From Candidatus Latescibacterota bacterium (GTDB lineage: Bacteria; Latescibacterota; UBA2968; UBA8231): 64,000 nucleotides of DNA. Under the pieces are notes generated by a model, which made no database searches, had not been told where the DNA came from, and saw only the letters and a list, made by a program, of their open reading frames with translations. Location: the NCBI GenBank assembly GCA_963422735.1, contig OY730476.1, positions 2,400,001 through 2,464,000 of the forward strand. Direction: 5' to 3'. The stretch's first letter is position 1; the number at the start of each line of letters is the position of its first letter. Made by a program: the position numbers and the translations under genes. Shown piece by piece: positions 63,487 to 64,000 of the stretch.

Positions 63487-64000
63487 ATGAGATCATGGGC
63501 TTTATCCTTGCCTCTCTTGTGGGCCCTCCCCGGAATGGGCCAAGTATCTCTCTATACCAGCGAACGCGATGGGCAGCCGATATATGTGTTCGAGAATAAA
63601 TACATTAAGAGTGAGATAGCCCATACCCGAGGCCGGTCGCCTCTGAGTTATTTCGACAAAATCGCGGGCGTGGAACAGCTAAGACAGCTTGAACCCCTCG
63701 ACAAAAACCACGGAAAACACTATCCGCACGGCGGTGTCGCCGAATGTGTGCCGTGGACCGGGGGATCGCCCTACATGGGTTACCTATGGACACAACCGTG
63801 GGAGATGACAGCCCGGATCTACGAGCGCCGTGCAGTCTTGGTAGGTGAGGTGACTTTTCTCTACTCTGACCCAGTCACCGGCAAATTGTGCAAACTGAGA
63901 TTCGAAAAGACCACGACCGCTTACGAGGGATCCACGCGGCTGAAGATGGATTACAAAATAGAAAATGTCGGCGCACGGCGCGCCCGCTTTCAACACTGTA
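63487..64000 (+). CDS. Exported hypothetical protein (possibly galactose-mutarotase-like); 3'-partial
   Basis: AAGGAG RBS, signal 'MRSWALSLPLLWALPGMG', 'VFENKYI', 'LKMDYKIEN'. The frame is open to the window end. Confidence 0.7.
   Translation, partial: MRSWALSLPLLWALPGMGQVSLYTSERDGQPIYVFENKYIKSEIAHTRGRSPLSYFDKIAGVEQLRQLEPLDKNHGKHYPHGGVAECVPWTGGSPYMGYLWTQPWEMTARIYERRAVLVGEVTFLYSDPVTGKLCKLRFEKTTTAYEGSTRLKMDYKIENVGARRARFQHC

Overview
Bacterial genomic DNA, most likely from an uncultured FCB-superphylum lineage such as Candidatus Latescibacterota. This is inferred from an SprA-like gene, FlgD-Ig/T9SS-type C-terminal tails, a 'WGxxK' tail, a YWTD remnant and a CRTAC1-family protein. The window has two parts. 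(1) 1-34.7 kb is GC-rich and carries core and metabolic genes: sprA-like 3' end, comEA, pilM/pilN-like, coaD, dprA, feoAB, anmK, M16C peptidase, sulfatase, MFS, tRNA-Phe, murA, MazG-like, O-methyltransferase, amidohydrolase, DHDPS/NanA-like and AlkB-like. It also holds a pair of secreted FlgD/CHU_C-tailed proteins, many deletion-riddled gene scraps, and a striking CCWGG depletion. (2) From a 146-bp MITE at 34697 onward the DNA looks less GC-rich and encodes almost only uncharacterised envelope proteins. The best candidate for an undescribed system is 35073-49118. It contains a type-A-CTD secreted protein, a type-B-like (CHU_C/FlgD) discoidin protein, three tandem ~920-1070 aa paralogues (predicted outer-membrane beta-barrels with a conserved Asp-rich Ca2+-binding insert), a small membrane protein and an FN3 lipoprotein, all bracketed by two inverted MITE copies. 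Downstream are DUF4159-like, Na+/solute symporter, DUF4340-like, TPR, CsgG-like and CRTAC1-like genes. All calls come from reading motifs by eye; no database searches were run.
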